64,000 bases of DNA, from contig QPMI01000546.1 in the NCBI GenBank assembly GCA_004431415.1, positions 116,657 through 180,656 of the forward strand. The letters are read 5' to 3'. The notes under the pieces are model-generated. The model was given only the letters and a program-made list of their open reading frames with translations. It ran no database searches and was not told where the DNA came from. The DNA is from Cyanophora paradoxa CCMP329. Taxonomy: Eukaryota; Plantae; Glaucophyta. Made by a program: the position numbers and the translations under genes. Positions 42,285-56,323 of the stretch are shown piece by piece. How positions within the stretch are numbered: position 1 is the first letter of the stretch; every line of letters begins with the position of its first letter.

Positions 42285-43163
42285 CATTCCATTTAACGCC
42301 GGATTCTCAGTTTCTGCACAGCGCAACTGTACTCCGGGCCAAGCCCAGCCTGGGCCAGCTGGCCAGGATTCCAGCTGCAGGAATTTCTTTCGAAGGCTCC
42401 CGCGCGCGCGCGGCGCCGGCGGGCGCATCGACTCGGCGACGGTGGCGCATCGATATCCGAGGATTCCCGTCGTCAATTTCCCGAGTCCGGCCCCGGGGCC
42501 CGGGCACATCGGAGTCGATCGGACCGCGGGCCACGGCCGCGGGCCAGCTGCAGCCGGTGCCAGCCGCCGGCGCAGCCGCACCGGCGCATGCGCAGCATTG
42601 CAATTGCGCGGCGGCGAAGGCGCCCGGCGAGGTTCCGAAGTGCGCACTGCGCAGTAGACTCGCAAGCGAGTCAGCCAAGCGGCTCGCAGCCTCGAGCTCG
42701 CACCAGCTGCAGACTCGCCGAACTCCGACCGCGTCCTCCTCTGGCCTGGTGCCAGGCTCGTGGCCATATGCATGGCGCCGACGCCCCGGCGCCGACGGGC
42801 TCATTAGGAATTAGCTCGGCTCTAATCTTAGAGACTGCACCGCTTCCGCAGCTGCAGCCCAAAGCAGCCCAACACAGCAGGTCCTCAGCAGCCTGACAGC
42901 AGGCTCAGCTAGTTATAGCGCTCCCACCGATCATATACGTATACGTACGTATACGTCTCCCCGGCCCGCCGCGGCCGGCTGCGCATGCATATGCGCATTT
43001 AATTTGTGTGCGTATACGTAGGAGGCTACGTATATATACATTTAATTTATATAGCTAAGCTTAAGCGTCAGCATCGACATTTCGGGTCGAGATAGTGCGA
43101 CTTTGAGTTGGTGCGGAGCTCGAGTCGACGGTCGGTGACCCTCTGGCCGCCTGCAGCTGCGCC

Positions 43164-46100
43164 ATGGACGTGGATCCCGCCTCAGGAGGCCTCGGCCGGG
43201 AGCACCGGCCCTCGGTGGGGATCAACGGCGCCGGCGCCGGCGCCAGCGCGGTCGGCGCGTCGCCCCGCATGTCGGCCGCGGCAGCAGCCGGTCAGGGGAG
43301 CGGCGCCGGCGCCGGCGGCTCTCGCTCCACGCGCAGCACAGTCGAGGACGCCTTCTACTCGGTCCTCTTCGTCATGCGGAGCCGGAGCACGACGGCCCCC
43401 GGCGCCCTCGCCCGCGCCCTCCCCGTCGCCCTCATTTTCCTCGACTGGATTCAGATGATGGCTTTCGGTGGGCTCCATCGGCCGCGTCGTTACAATAGTA
43501 TGCTTAATTCAAGGCTGGCTTTCGCTAACGCCTTCTGTCGCGTGCAGTTGCCGACTCCCGCCGATACGACTGGCTCAGTTTCGATGGCATCGACAGCGTC
43601 TTCAAGGTGCGCATCCGTATGCGCATGCTCCAGGATTAATATTTAACCGAGTCAAGAATCGCCCGATGCAATTTCGAAACCACCCTTACGTGATCAGCTA
43701 GAGAGCTCGCAAAGCGTGCTGCAAGTGCTGCAGCTGCTGACTGCGCATGGCCATGCATATGGGACGCTTTGCAGGTTGTCATGGCTCCCGTGCCTCGCCG
43801 CTTCCTCGCTTCATCGGGGTACGACACCGCCGCCGGGCCGCGCCTGCCTTCCCTTAGCGCAGTAGAAATACATAGCTTTAGCTAGCCCTTTTTGTTCCGC
43901 GGGGGCCAGGGCGGCGTGCCTGCCGCCGCTGCTGACGGCGGCGGCCGCCGGGCAGCTACGCCTCGTACATCGCGCTCTTCGCGATCGTGCTGGCGATCGT
44001 CGCCCTCTCCTTCGCGGACGTCGTGTGGGTCCTGCGCTGCTTCCACATCAACAAGTTCACGGCGATGTGGCCCGTCAAGATGCTCAAGTTCGTCGTCAGC
44101 GTCTTCTTCGGCAGGCGAGCCCCGCCCCGCCCCTTTCCTCAGGGCCTTCGAGTTCCTTCCTTGCAGATCGCCGACGATTGCAAATTTCTTCTTCTAATTT
44201 CATCTACATTTTGATCGATAATAGTCACGGCATTCTATCCAGATCCTTAAAGTTTTCCAAGAACCGTTCGCTCTATTAACTTTTGCGCAGCCTTTACCTC
44301 TCTACCTTCGGGATCCTGTTGATGAGCCTCGATTGGTGAGTTACAGTGCCGGAGTGCGCGTTTCCGTAATTTTTACTTGCTCCTGACTCGCTTCGGTCGC
44401 GCGCAGCCACTACTTCGACAGCTCCGGCAACGCGCCGCGCTTCGTCCTGACGGGGTACCCCTCCGTCGCCTGCTGGGGGTTCCCGAACGCCATCGTGGCG
44501 GTCCTGGCGGGAGTCGGCTCCATATGCGTCCTCCTCTTCGCCTTCTCGGTCAGCCCCGACACGCGAAACCTCTGGCTAACTTCACCTCACGGCTGTAAAA
44601 TTCGCGGGGGTCAGATGGCGCTGGTGGACGTGGACCCGAACCCGTCCTCGCGCTTCCCCTCGTCGACGGCGACGCCGTACGCCTCGCTGCACGGCTCCCT
44701 CTGCCGCGCCCTCCTCGTCGTCGCCGCCACCGTCTTCTCCTCCTACCCCGCCCTCCTCGCCCTCTCCGTCCTCCTCGCCTCCCTCTTCCTCGCCGCCAGC
44801 GTCGGTCCGCCGCCTCCGCCAGCGCCCGCGGCCTCGCAGTCGGAACAACTTTTCACGCGCCGCTCCGCAGTTTTCTACCTTCCCTACTACAGCTCCTCCA
44901 TCAACTATCTGGTGAGCGCGCCGCTCAAAACAGTTGAAATCATGTCCTCCTCACCAAATTCTCTTGCAGCGCTCCGGATTGTACGGTCTGCCCACGTGCA
45001 CGCTGTCGAGCGAGATGCGGGCTGCGTCCGCGGTCGTAACGGGGCGCGCGCGGGGGCGGGGGCAGGGGTCGTGGCGTGGTGCTCCGTCTGCGCCCTGGCG
45101 CTCTCGGGCGCCGCGAGCTCCGACCGGGCGCGCCCGGTGACCTACGCCTTCGCGGCCGGCGCGCCCTTCGCGTTCGCCGCGTTCTTCGCGGCGGCAGCGC
45201 TCCGCTTCCGGCGGCTCTGCAGCGCCACGCGGCACCTGACCATCGAGGCGGCCGACGAGGGGGACGAGCCGGTGTGGATCTACACCGCCGCCTTCCGCCA
45301 CCCGCACGAGGTCGAGGTCGCCACGCGGTGCGCGACGCGAGCGCCGCGGCCCCCGCCAGACGTCGACGGCGACAGAGACGGCGCAGGTTCCTGCGGCCGC
45401 TGGTGGAGCGCAAGGCGCGGGTGCGGTCGCGGGCGGAGCGCATGGCGGCCGCCCTCGAGCACGAGCTCGACGAGGCCCTCGAGAAGGCCGAGGCCATCTT
45501 CCAGGCCCGGACCCGCCCCGCCCAAGATCCGGAGCCCTCCGTTCTCTGGCTAATCCAGCTGTGCATGCGCAGGAGGGGATGCAGCAGTTCCCGGAGTCGC
45601 CCCTCGTCTACCTCGCATGTGCGTCCGCGTCGCTCAACGCCGGCAGCCGTCCCCACGACCGCAATCCTTGTAACCGCGAGGACACCGCTCCGCAGACTCG
45701 AACTTCCTGCAGTCGTACGCGGGGGAGAAGGAGGAGGCGGCGGCGAGTGTGGAGCGGGCGCGGCACTTCCCCCTCAGCTTCGCGCTGCGCTACCTCGTCT
45801 TCCGGAAGCTGAAGGAGCGGGAGGGCGAGGCGGCGACGCTCGGCACCTCGAAGAGCATGGACCTCGTCCGCTTCGTCGAGTTCAAGGAGAAGGCGCGCGC
45901 GTGCTCCCGTTTCATCGATCACGACCCGAATTTCCACCGAATTTCCGCATCTGAGACGGCCGCCGCAGATGCGGCTGGCGCGGGAGGGCCACCTGAAGGC
46001 GGCGAAGGCGAGCCGGGCCTTCTGGTCGAGCCTGCTGGACCCCGACGAGAGCGCGGCGGTGGCGAAGATCTCGCAGCTCGGGCGCGCCATCGACACCTTC

Positions 46101-49100
46101 GAGACGCAGGCGGAGAGGAACTACGAGGTGCTCGTCCGGAGCTACCCCCGCAACATCCGCCTCCTCCGCGCCTTCGGCTCCTTCCTCGAGCTTATCAAGA
46201 ACGACCCCGCCGAGGCCGAGGTGCCAGTCAGCGAGAGCGATCTTTAGATTTGGCACAATATATATATTATTGCAATCCGAATTCGACTGACGGTCGGGTT
46301 GGGCAGGTCCTCTACCGCCGAGCGGACGCCGTGGAGGACGAGATGTCAAAGAAGAAGTGGCGCCCGGGCACTGCGCGCCGCGCCCGCGCCCGAGCGCGCG
46401 CGCCGACTCACCGAGCGTGCGGCGCGGCAGGGGCGAGGCGGGCGCGAGCGGCGACATGGACAACGAGAACGGAACCGGCGGTATCGACCAGGAGGCCATC
46501 ATCGTCGTGCGCCGAGCTCCCGCCCTGTTGCATCGCTCGGCACTAGTGCGTCGCGACAAGCGGGAGCGGGGGTGCAGATGAACGCGCAAGAGATCATCAC
46601 GTCGGTGAACGCGTCGACGCTGCGAATCCTCGGCTACCGCGAGAAGAGCGAGCTCGTCGGCAAGAAGGTCGGCCCCGTGTCGGCGCAGAGACGTCGACTC
46701 GCCATCCGCTTCCGCATCCACGATTTCTAACATAGACGTTTCGCCTGTGCACGCATGCGCAGATCCACATCATGGTTCCGTCTCCTTTCCGGGAGGCGCA
46801 CACCGGATTCGTGCAGTCCTACCTCAAAACAGGGGTCGCGAGGGTCCGTCTGGCTCTGTCGTCTTCTCTTCTGCGTTTCGAAGGGCCGAGGCTGATAGCC
46901 GTGCACATCGCAGGTGCTGCGGATAGGGCGCGAGCTTCCAGCGCTACACCGCAGCGGCCACATCGTCCCGATTTTCCTGTGCGCTAGCGCAAGCGCTGCC
47001 TGCAGCTCTGCCTTGAAGCGGCTCGCGTATCTCCGACTTGACTTGCGAACGCGAACGGTCAGGAATGCGTCGCGAATGGATATCGGAGGCCAGGTTAATT
47101 TCGTGGGCTCGTTGCGGCCTGTCGAGGACAAGGTGAGCGGCTTGCGAAGTTCCTTAGTCGTGCACTACGGCTGGCTGAGCGACGCGCCGAGTTGCAGCCC
47201 TCAAACGCCATGCGTTGTCTAGATCTCTGACTAAAGCTCAACCGTGCGCAGTCTCCGAGCCTGCTTGCTGGTTTCGGCCACGCCTCGCGAATATGCGGAA
47301 TCAGCACCGCGATGGCTGAGCTGCTCGGAAACTCTGCCGACGAGCTCAGGCGCAAAACGTTCAAGGTATGGTTTCCCGCGCTGCCAGTCTCGTGGCGATG
47401 ATAAATTATCAATATATGATTCTCTGTTCGAATTCGCAGGATTTGGTCGCCCCATACAGTTGGGTCAATTTCAGCCGGAGGCTTGCAGCGATAGAAGCCC
47501 TAGGCGCTGGCCACCGGCGTGGTGCGCTCGCATGTTTTCCTCGCCGTCGCGTGAAATGCGGCCGCTGATTACAGAAATCTGTTTGCGAAGGCCCCGGCCG
47601 CTCGCGCCGCGAGAGCGACCTGCATGGCGCTGGCAGCCTGGCCCCCGAGAGCGCCCTGGGCAGCGCCCGCGGGGACACCAGCGCCGCCTCGAACACGTAC
47701 AGCACCCGGAGCGGGGGCGGCGTGCACCCTCGGGCGTCGCTGGCGGGCACGGCGGCGGGCACCGTGCGCGGGGCCGGCGACAGCTCGCGGCGGCGGCGCC
47801 TCGGGCTCAACCTCGAGCTCTCCGGGCTCCGAGGGGCCACCACGGACATCATCCCCCACATCGACGAGAACGTGCGCCGCCGGCACTTTGAATTTAAACC
47901 CGATTTCCGTTTCTTGACTCGTTCCGACGCTGACGGCGCGACGCGTGCGCGTGCGCAGGAGCCGTTGGACGTTGTCGGCGCGGACGGCGCGGGCCGCCGC
48001 GTCACCTGCCAGATCCGGCGCCTGACCGCGGCCGACGGCGCAGTCTCGGTGCGCTACCTTTTGCGGCCGTCCGTCTAAGCCGCAATCTGACAGGTTCTTA
48101 CCCTCGACTCGTTTTCAGGCGCTGTGGGCGTCCTTCGTTGCTCTGCCCGAGACAGCCGACGAGGCCATCGTGACCATCAACGCCGCCGGAAAGATATTGT
48201 GCGAAATATATTTCAAGTATTATTTTCGGCCCTCTCGCTCCGTTCCCGTTCGTAATCGTGTACGTGCACGTACACGTGTGCAGGTCCGTCAACCGCGCGC
48301 TTTGCTCGATGTTCGGGTGCGTCGCAATTCGCAGATCTAGATAAATCCCCGCGAACGTCGCAAAATTGGCGGCTGCGGCGTCTGATGCACATTTTCGCGT
48401 AGCTACCATGCGTCGGAGCTGGTGAACGACCGCGTGGAGCGGCTCATGCCCCATCCGTTCAGCGACCTGCACACTCGCTTCGTCGAGGTGCGCTCCTCTT
48501 CGCTCGCAAACCGGCATGTCTGGATTCCACCTGCAACTTCTAATTATAATGGCGGCCGTACATGGCGGCCGGCAGGCGTACATGAAGACGGGCGTGGCGA
48601 AGCTGCTCGGGTCGAAGCGGGGCGTGCCAGCTCTCCACCGCTCGGGCGCCACGTTCGACGTGATGCTCTCCATGACCCGCCTCGACGTCGATGGCGAGGT
48701 CATGTTCTGCGGGCACATGCAGAAGTGAGATGTCGCTGTGTCGCGCGCCGGTTCCTCCGGCGCGCCGCTCGCGCTCGCGCTCACCTTGCGGCAGGATGGA
48801 GGCGCAGGAGGAGACGGTCGTGTCGGTGGTGATCAACGAGCGGGGCATCGTGCAGAGCACGAAGGGCCCCGTCCAGGAGCTCCTCGGGTACAGGCCGCCC
48901 GAGGTGACCCAGGCCCCCGCGACCCGAAGCCGAAGTCGAACGCGACGGCGATATCGATTGCGAAGTCGACTGACGCGTGCGCAGCTCGTCGGGCGCTCGA
49001 TGAACATCCTGCTGCCGCGCTCCGTCGGCGACAAGCACGACGAGTACCTCAGGCGCGTCGTCGACCGGCCCTTCGAGGCCCGCGTCATCGGCGGCGCCGG

Positions 49101-52100
49101 CCAGACCCTCGAGGCCGTCCGCAAGACCGGGTGCGCGAAATGCATATGCGCCCGCCCGCTCTTTGCGTTTCGCTCGAGTATCTAATATATTTGATGGGTT
49201 TGGTTTCGTAGGGAGTCCATCCCGGTGCAGGTAGACGTCGTGCGGGACGAGTCGCTCGCGGCGCACGGGGTGACCCTCTTCACGGGACGCCTCACGCCCC
49301 TCTTCAACCTCGCCGGCTCCGTCACGGCCAACGCGGAGGGCGCCATCCTCACCGCCAACGACGCCGCCGCCAGGATATTTGGCTACCCTTCCGGCGACGC
49401 CCTCCGTGGGTCGCCCATTACGGTGCGCGCGTGCTTCCCGTCTCTTATTTCGATCTCCGCAGTCGCACGAGGGTCGCTCACGCCGATGCTGCAGGCACTG
49501 CTGCCGGACGAGGAACCCGGGCGGAGCCTTGGCGGGAAGCGCGCCACGGTGGGGAAGCACAGCAACGGCAGCCCGATCCCCGTCTTTGCAGAGGCGGCGA
49601 CGACGAACGTCGGGGGCGAGTCGTTCGTCTCGTACCGCGTCTCCTTCCGCAACACGCAGAAGGAGCAGCAGCTCGGCGGCGGCGCCGGCCTAGCCGCTCC
49701 CTCGATCGCGAGCGAGGCGAGAACCTCGCCGCTGTCTCAGCTGCGGAGCCGCGCTGACGTCGGGGCGCCGGCGCCGGCCCCGGCGTCTCTGGCGCCAGTG
49801 ACACTGGCAGCCACGACGACGGCAACCCCACAGGGCGCCGACCCTGTGCACCACGAGGCTCCAGTTGTTCCCGTCAAGCTGCCGGCAATGGAGCACCGCC
49901 CCGAGGCGAGAAGGAGCGTGAGAAGCTCGCGATCACGCAAGTCCAAAGCAAACGCGCAGGTGCTCCGATGTTAATATTTGTTTTTGCTCTGGGACTCGAA
50001 ACTTGCCTTATGGCCTTGACCGACTGACGCGCCGAGCAGCTGACAGAGTTGGGGGAAGCGGGGAGCGGGGGCGCGAGCGTCGGGGCGAGCTGGGTGGTGA
50101 AGAAGACGGACTCGCCGCAATTCACGCCGCTGCACTCGATCGCCGAGCTCGACGACTCCGAAACGCCCGGCTCACTGCTCCACCTGGGCGCCGCCGCCGA
50201 CCGCGAGGGCGGCGGCCGCGAGGGCGGCGACGGCGACGGCGAGTCGGACCGGGGCAGCGTCGGGTCCGTCGAGGGCGACTTCGACTCGCCCAACGCGAGG
50301 TCCGAGTGCCAGCTGCAGCGCCCGCGCGCGCTCGGTCCGCTGGCTTTGTCCGCCTAAAGTGTAGCCTTGGGCACCCGCAGCTTGGAATCCAATGAGCGCG
50401 ACAGGCATGCACAGGCGCCAAGGTAAATCAACCAATTTCGCACAGACTGTGACATGACCTGCATCCCTTCGCCCATGCCAGTTGCAATTGATGGCTTCAG
50501 AGAGGTCTTATTGCAGCGCGCGCCGCAGGCTTCTGGTGACGTCGACGTCGGGCTCGCGCTCAGCCGTCCTCGACTGGCAGACGCGGAACGGGTCCCGGTC
50601 AAGAGCCCTCAACGAGATAGGGGAAGATGCGGCCGGCGCGATCGGCGATCCAGCGGCGGCGCCGGGGCTGTCCGACGCAGAGCCCGCCAGCCCCCAGGAG
50701 CAGGCGCAGCTGGCCGAGCAGCCGGCGCACGCTGGCGCCGTCGCGCGGCTCAGGCGCGCCGATCGCGAACACAACGACGGCGCCTCTGTGGCGGACAGTC
50801 TCCTGTCGTCCACGGGGAAGCACCGCCGGCGGAAACGGCGGCGGCGAGTGCTGACCCTTCTCGCGACGGGGTCGAACCCGCTGATCGGCAAGCTCAAGCG
50901 CCACCTCATCATTTACACCACCGGTGCGACGAAATGTGTTGCGTGAAATCTCGCCACTTGCCGTTAGCTCATGCATGTGCACACTTTCGCTCGCTCGCGA
51001 TCAGTGCTCGCGATCATCGCCGTCGGGACGTTCATCGGGGCGCAGCAGATGGTGGAGAACTACAGCGCCCAGCTCAAGCACCTCTCGTGCGCCTCGAAGA
51101 CAGATTTGTGTTCATTGATTCCGCTTTGCAATTGATATGGTTTCTGGAGCAGGGCGTCGAGCAGCCGGGCCGTGCTCTCGCAGCTGATTTCCATCGAGGC
51201 GCGAAGCGTCGGGCTGGCCGCCGCCCTCGAGCCCGCCGCCGCCTCGCCGCTGGCGCCGGGCGGCGCGGCGGCGGCGGCCGAGCGGCTCGCCGGGCTCGCA
51301 GACGACTTCTACGGGACGCACCAGGACCTCTCGTTCGGCCTGCGCGGCTTCGACGCGCCCGGCGACGGCGAGATGGCCGCCCTCGTCTTCGCCCCCGACG
51401 CCGTCGCCCTCTCCGAGCTCCGCGAGGGCGCCCCCGCCCCCTCCCGCGCCGGCCTCTGGGCCGCCGGCCAGCGCCTCTACCAGCACGCCGCCATCCTCGC
51501 CGCCGCCGGCGGCGCCTCCGCCACTTCCAAGTACGCCTCCGCGTCGGCCTCGAGCTCGTCGCTGGCGAGCGGGCTCCCCGCCATCGTCCTCCCGGACTCG
51601 GTCTCCCGCGCGGGGGGCGCCTCGGCCGCCCAGGACGCGAACCGCACGGAGGTCGCGCGGGCGTGCCTCGCGGACCTCGCCCGCTGCCCCAGCTGGCACT
51701 TCGTCCTCCGGAACGGGCCCGACACCGGTGCCGCCACGCGCGCCCCGCTCAGTTTTGGCTCTGATTCGGCCCCGCGCAGTGTTCGAGGCGCTGAAGCGGG
51801 CGACGGCGCTGTACAAGGTGTCGATGCGGCGGGCGGCGGGGCTCCTCTCCGCCCTCTACATCGCCACCCTCGTCGGCGCCCTCTTCCTCGTCGCCGCCGT
51901 CGCCCTCCTCGCCATCCGCCCCGCCTTCACGGTCCGCCCCGCCCCTCCTTCGAATTCTTGTTGCCTCTGCTTATGATCAAGCGATGCCTTGAATCGTCCG
52001 TCGCGCCTCCTGTCTTGTGTTGCGACACGAGTCTGACGCTCTTGCGATTGCAGCGGGTTCTGGAGCTCCGGGACGAGATTCTGAACCTCTTCCTCGAGAT

Positions 52101-54874
52101 CCCCAAGCAGGTGACCTTGCAATTGTGGCCTTAACCAGATTAAATTCAGTGACCTTATGGATAAAGTGGTTCAATCCACTGATTCTATAAATTAAGCACT
52201 GGCTGGACTGAACGCGGCGCTGGCAGGTCGTCCGCGGACTCGCGAAGAAGCGGATGACCGTCGCCCTCGACTTGTGCGCGCCTTCGATTTGCGGACATCG
52301 ATTTCCAGATCTAGATTTCCGTGCGAGTGACCCCCGCTGCAGGACGGACAGCGACGACGACGACTCGGACGAGGACGGCCGCTCCGCCGCCGTCGAGCGC
52401 GACCGCGACGGCCACAGCGCCGGCGCCGGCGCGCCCGTCGCCAAGGGCGCCCCGGCGCACCAGCAGAGCCCGGGTGCGCTCAGCGGCTGCAGCCGCCGAC
52501 CGCGCGCCATTCGGAAGTCTGAAGCAAAGTCTGAACCGCGTGCGCTTGGAATATTTGCCAGGTGCCGACCGGGCGCATCTCCCGCTGGTGGCGTCCGATA
52601 GCTCGTTCGATATCGTGCGCGTGCCGGCATCTCCCTCGCCCCCGGTTCGTTGAGTTCGAATTCTGCACTTGATTTATTTCGCGGCGCTGACGGCGCCCCC
52701 GCGCGCGGGCAGCCGCCGCCGTCGATGTCCGCTGTGGTCATTTCTATGGAGAGCCCGTCCGACTCTCCCGCCAAGCCTAGGCCGGGGGCGAGCGCCGGCG
52801 CCGACCGCGGCGCCGGCGCGGGTGGCGACAACGACCGCGGGACCGGGACCCCGACGAACGCGAACGGGAGGGGCGACCGCGAGCGGCCGAGCAGGAGGGC
52901 GCAGCAGGCGCCGGCGCGGCAGGTGCACCCGCAGCCGGACATCGGGGCCCGCATGCAGGTCCTCTCGGGCACGGCCGGCACGGGCTTTTCGGCGGCCTCG
53001 CTGAGCCTCTTCGCCCGGCGGCTGCTCGCCCGCGTTGCCTGCTGCGTCCCCCGCTGGCGCGCCTACGCGGCGCCGCTGCGCGTGAACCCGCTCCACGTCC
53101 GCCGCCGCTACATCCGCTCGGGATCGAACGCCGACAAGCTCTTCCGCATGGTGCGCGGGCCTCGATCTCCACTTAACTCCCGCCGGCCGGACCCGCTCTG
53201 AGCGCGCCCTCGCGATCGCCTCGGGCAGCTCTCGCGCATGTACGCCGCGTCGCTCGTCCTCATCGCCCTCTGCTTCGCCGCCATCTTCGTCGCCGGATTC
53301 GTCCAAGTCGAGGTGCCAGCCTTTGATAAATCTAAATTGCACCCCTGGGCGGACCGGCAGCCCGTCCGATCTGCGTCCGGCGCTGATCGCGCGCGCCGGC
53401 GCGTCAGAAACTGGAGGACCACGCGAATTTCGTTGTGCAGGCCGCGAATCTCCGCTCTGCCGCCGTTCACGCCGTCTGTGCGCTCCTCGTCGAACCCGTC
53501 GAATTTCCGCACAATCTCGGGGCTGACCGTCGCGCGCGCCGCGCGCGTGCACCGCGCCGCAGTCACCGCCCGCGAGGCCGTCCTCGGCGCCGGCGCGGCG
53601 GGGCCCAACGCGACGGCCAACGCACTCACGGCCCTGCGGACCTTCTACTCCAGCCCCTGGAAGGTCGGCCTGCTTCATTAGAGCATTTTCGCGCGCTGCA
53701 ACGCTGTTTTGACCTGTCTTGGTTGTCAAACATCGGCTCTCATCAAGTCTATCTAATCCCGCGCTTTCTCTGTCGCGATCGTATCCATTAATATTCCCGC
53801 AATCGCAAATCGCGCTCGCGCGTCGCATCCGACCGGGCCGAGGGCGCGCTCTCAGGTGCTGGGGGAGGACGCGGGGCTCGTGCGGGGCGCCCTCGCCTCG
53901 CTGGAGGCGAGCGCCACCGCCAGCCCCGAGCTCGCCGCCCTCTTCTTCGGGTGCGCGCCCGCGCCCCCGACGCCGATCCCGGCTTAAGCCTCAAGCCCCG
54001 AGACTCTACCGAACTCTAGATCTTGGCTTATATTGCTTAGCTTTACATTTACCGCGTAAATTACCGCGTCCGTTCTTCTCGCGGTCTGAATTTCCTCTTG
54101 GCAGGCACTGGCAGAACGCGGACTGCGCCGGGGCCGCCTCGGCCGGCGGCGTGGCCGGCTGCGGATCCCCCTCGGACGGCCTCCACGGTGCGCGCGCGCT
54201 TCCCTTAGGCGGCGGCAGCAGCCGGCCCGCGACGCCTCCGCGCTTATCCCGCCTGCTCTGAGCTCCCCCGGCGCAGCGCTGCTGGAGCTCTACTCGCAGC
54301 AGGCGCAGGAGCTGGCGCGGGCCCCGGCGGACGCCCGCACGGCCGGCACCGCCTCCTTTCAGTTCGTCTGGGGCGCCGGTGCGGCCGTACCTTGACGGGC
54401 TCGTCCGGGCGCCTCACAATGAAGCTCGCGCCTTCCCCTGACCGACTCGCTCGCTTGGAACTTTTCGAAGGCCTGACAAGCGTGATGGGGGGCCTGGCCT
54501 CGGCCGAGTGGGCCTACACCAAGCTCGCCGACGCCGCGGCGCGCCGTACCCCCCTTCCTCTCCCCCGGCCCCGGCTGAGCCTCTCGGGCAGGCGCGGCGG
54601 GTGGTGCCGGTGCACGGGGGCCTGATGGCGGCGACGCTGGCGCTGCTCGGCCTCATCCTCGCCTTCCAGTTCCTCCCCATGGTCCGCCGCCTCTCCGACG
54701 AGACCCGCCGCTCCCACCGGTCCGCCCCGCCCCTTCCCCCCGTTCTCGTGCTCGCGCTTCGCCTATAATAACGCTCGCGGCAGGATGCTGCAGCTGATCC
54801 CGGACGAGGTGCTCGAGCGCGTCGACGCCCTCTGCGAGTACGTCGACCGCCACGTCTCCGAGCTCGACAAGTGA
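43164..54874 (+). CDS. Multi-exon TmcB/TmcC-like (FXL-like) polytopic membrane protein with several PAS domains
   Basis: N-terminal TM block (FYSVLFVM..LIFLDWIQMMAF..WPVKMLKFV..FYLPYY), helical region (QFPESPLVYL, AERNYEVLVRSYPRNIRLLRAFGSFL..KND), PAS repeats at about 46490-49650, C-terminal TMs ending RMLQLIPDEVL..SELDK-stop at 54872-54874. Confidence 0.87.
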
Positions 54875-56323
54875 CCCGGCTCGCGCTCGCGGGCGTCGCG
54901 TCGCAATATTCGGATTCAAAGTATAATAGTAAACCGGCTCTCCGAGCCTAGTAAGTAGTATCTTTAAGCTTAAGATTGCATTACAAAAAGGTAGAGGCGA
55001 CCTAGTGACTGCATTCTCTTTTTCTGACTTTCGGTTTTCTTTTCCTCTCATTCTGCAGCTTGATTGCGTTTTGCCTCTGCTCTTCGTGTCCATATCTCCC
55101 TGATTCGGCCCTGAAAATCGGCCTGATCATGATTAATTATAGTGTGTGCATGTCATGTCTAGATTTCGCATTATTGAATTGCGATCGATAGCGCTAGCAT
55201 ATGCATGACGTCGACGATCGCGAAGCGGCTTCAGGCAGATCACGAGCATGAGCGCAGGGTCCGGCCCATACAGGGACGAGCCCGCAGTGGCCCCGCACGA
55301 GCTCAAGCTCGAGCCATGCATCATGGCATATGCATGCCGGCGCCCGGCCGTGGACGATCGGTACGAGCTCGAGCCATATGCATGCATGCCCATCTGCATC
55401 TGCATATCCGGCGTAGGGGTTGGGTTAATTATAACGTTTTGCAGCTGGAACTCGGCAAGCGCTAGCTCTGGCCCTTGGGGGCCGGGGCCTCTGGGTCTCG
55501 CGGACGCTTAACTTGCCCGACACACTGCGACAGTGTCAGAGACACTGCCCGACACAATAGGACAGTACTAGTGTCAGAGACACTGCCAGTGGCCCTTCGA
55601 ATTCTGGGCAATTTCTGGCAGGCTTCTGCGACTTCATCATGGCATGGACAGCTTGGACCACAGCTAGCCTCTTGAAGGAAAGGCCCTTAGAGCCGCCCTC
55701 TTCATGGCTTCAGGCTTGTTGCTGAAGAGGCTTTTTCGGAAGTTTTTCCCAACGTCGAGCCGCAATGATTGAGAACTTGCCTGGCAACTTGAAGGCTCCC
55801 CCCCCCAAGTTGGGCCCCAACTTGCTCATGAAGGGTTTTTTGTTGACTCGGATCTTTGTTTTGTTCCGAAGTTCGGGCCGCATTCGGGGTACTGCACTAC
55901 AATCCAACTTCCACGTCGCAATGGTCGCATCGCTCCCTGCATCCACGCAGCTGATTGAGGGGCCGGGGCGCGCATCGGGCGTCGGCTGCCGCGGCTGAAC
56001 TTTGAACGTCCGAATGCGAGGCAGCTGCAGCCTGCAGGCCTGCAGCTACAGCTGCAGCCAGTGAGCGCGCAGTGCGCAAGCTTGTGCCTCGGCCCGCGGC
56101 TGGCGTCCATGACCAGCTGCTGCATGCGCAGTTGAATCAGTGCTGAGCTCATCAGCGCGGCCGCGGCTCCGTTGCAAGTGGTAGCAAGACTGATGGCCAT
56201 GGCGCGGCGGCCGCGGTCGCCATATGCGCAGCTAGACCGCTCAGCTGCGCATGCAGCTGCAGTGGCGCGGATTTGGGTTTGGAGGGCCTCCTCCTGCATA
56301 TGCATATGATGCGGGACAGTCCC

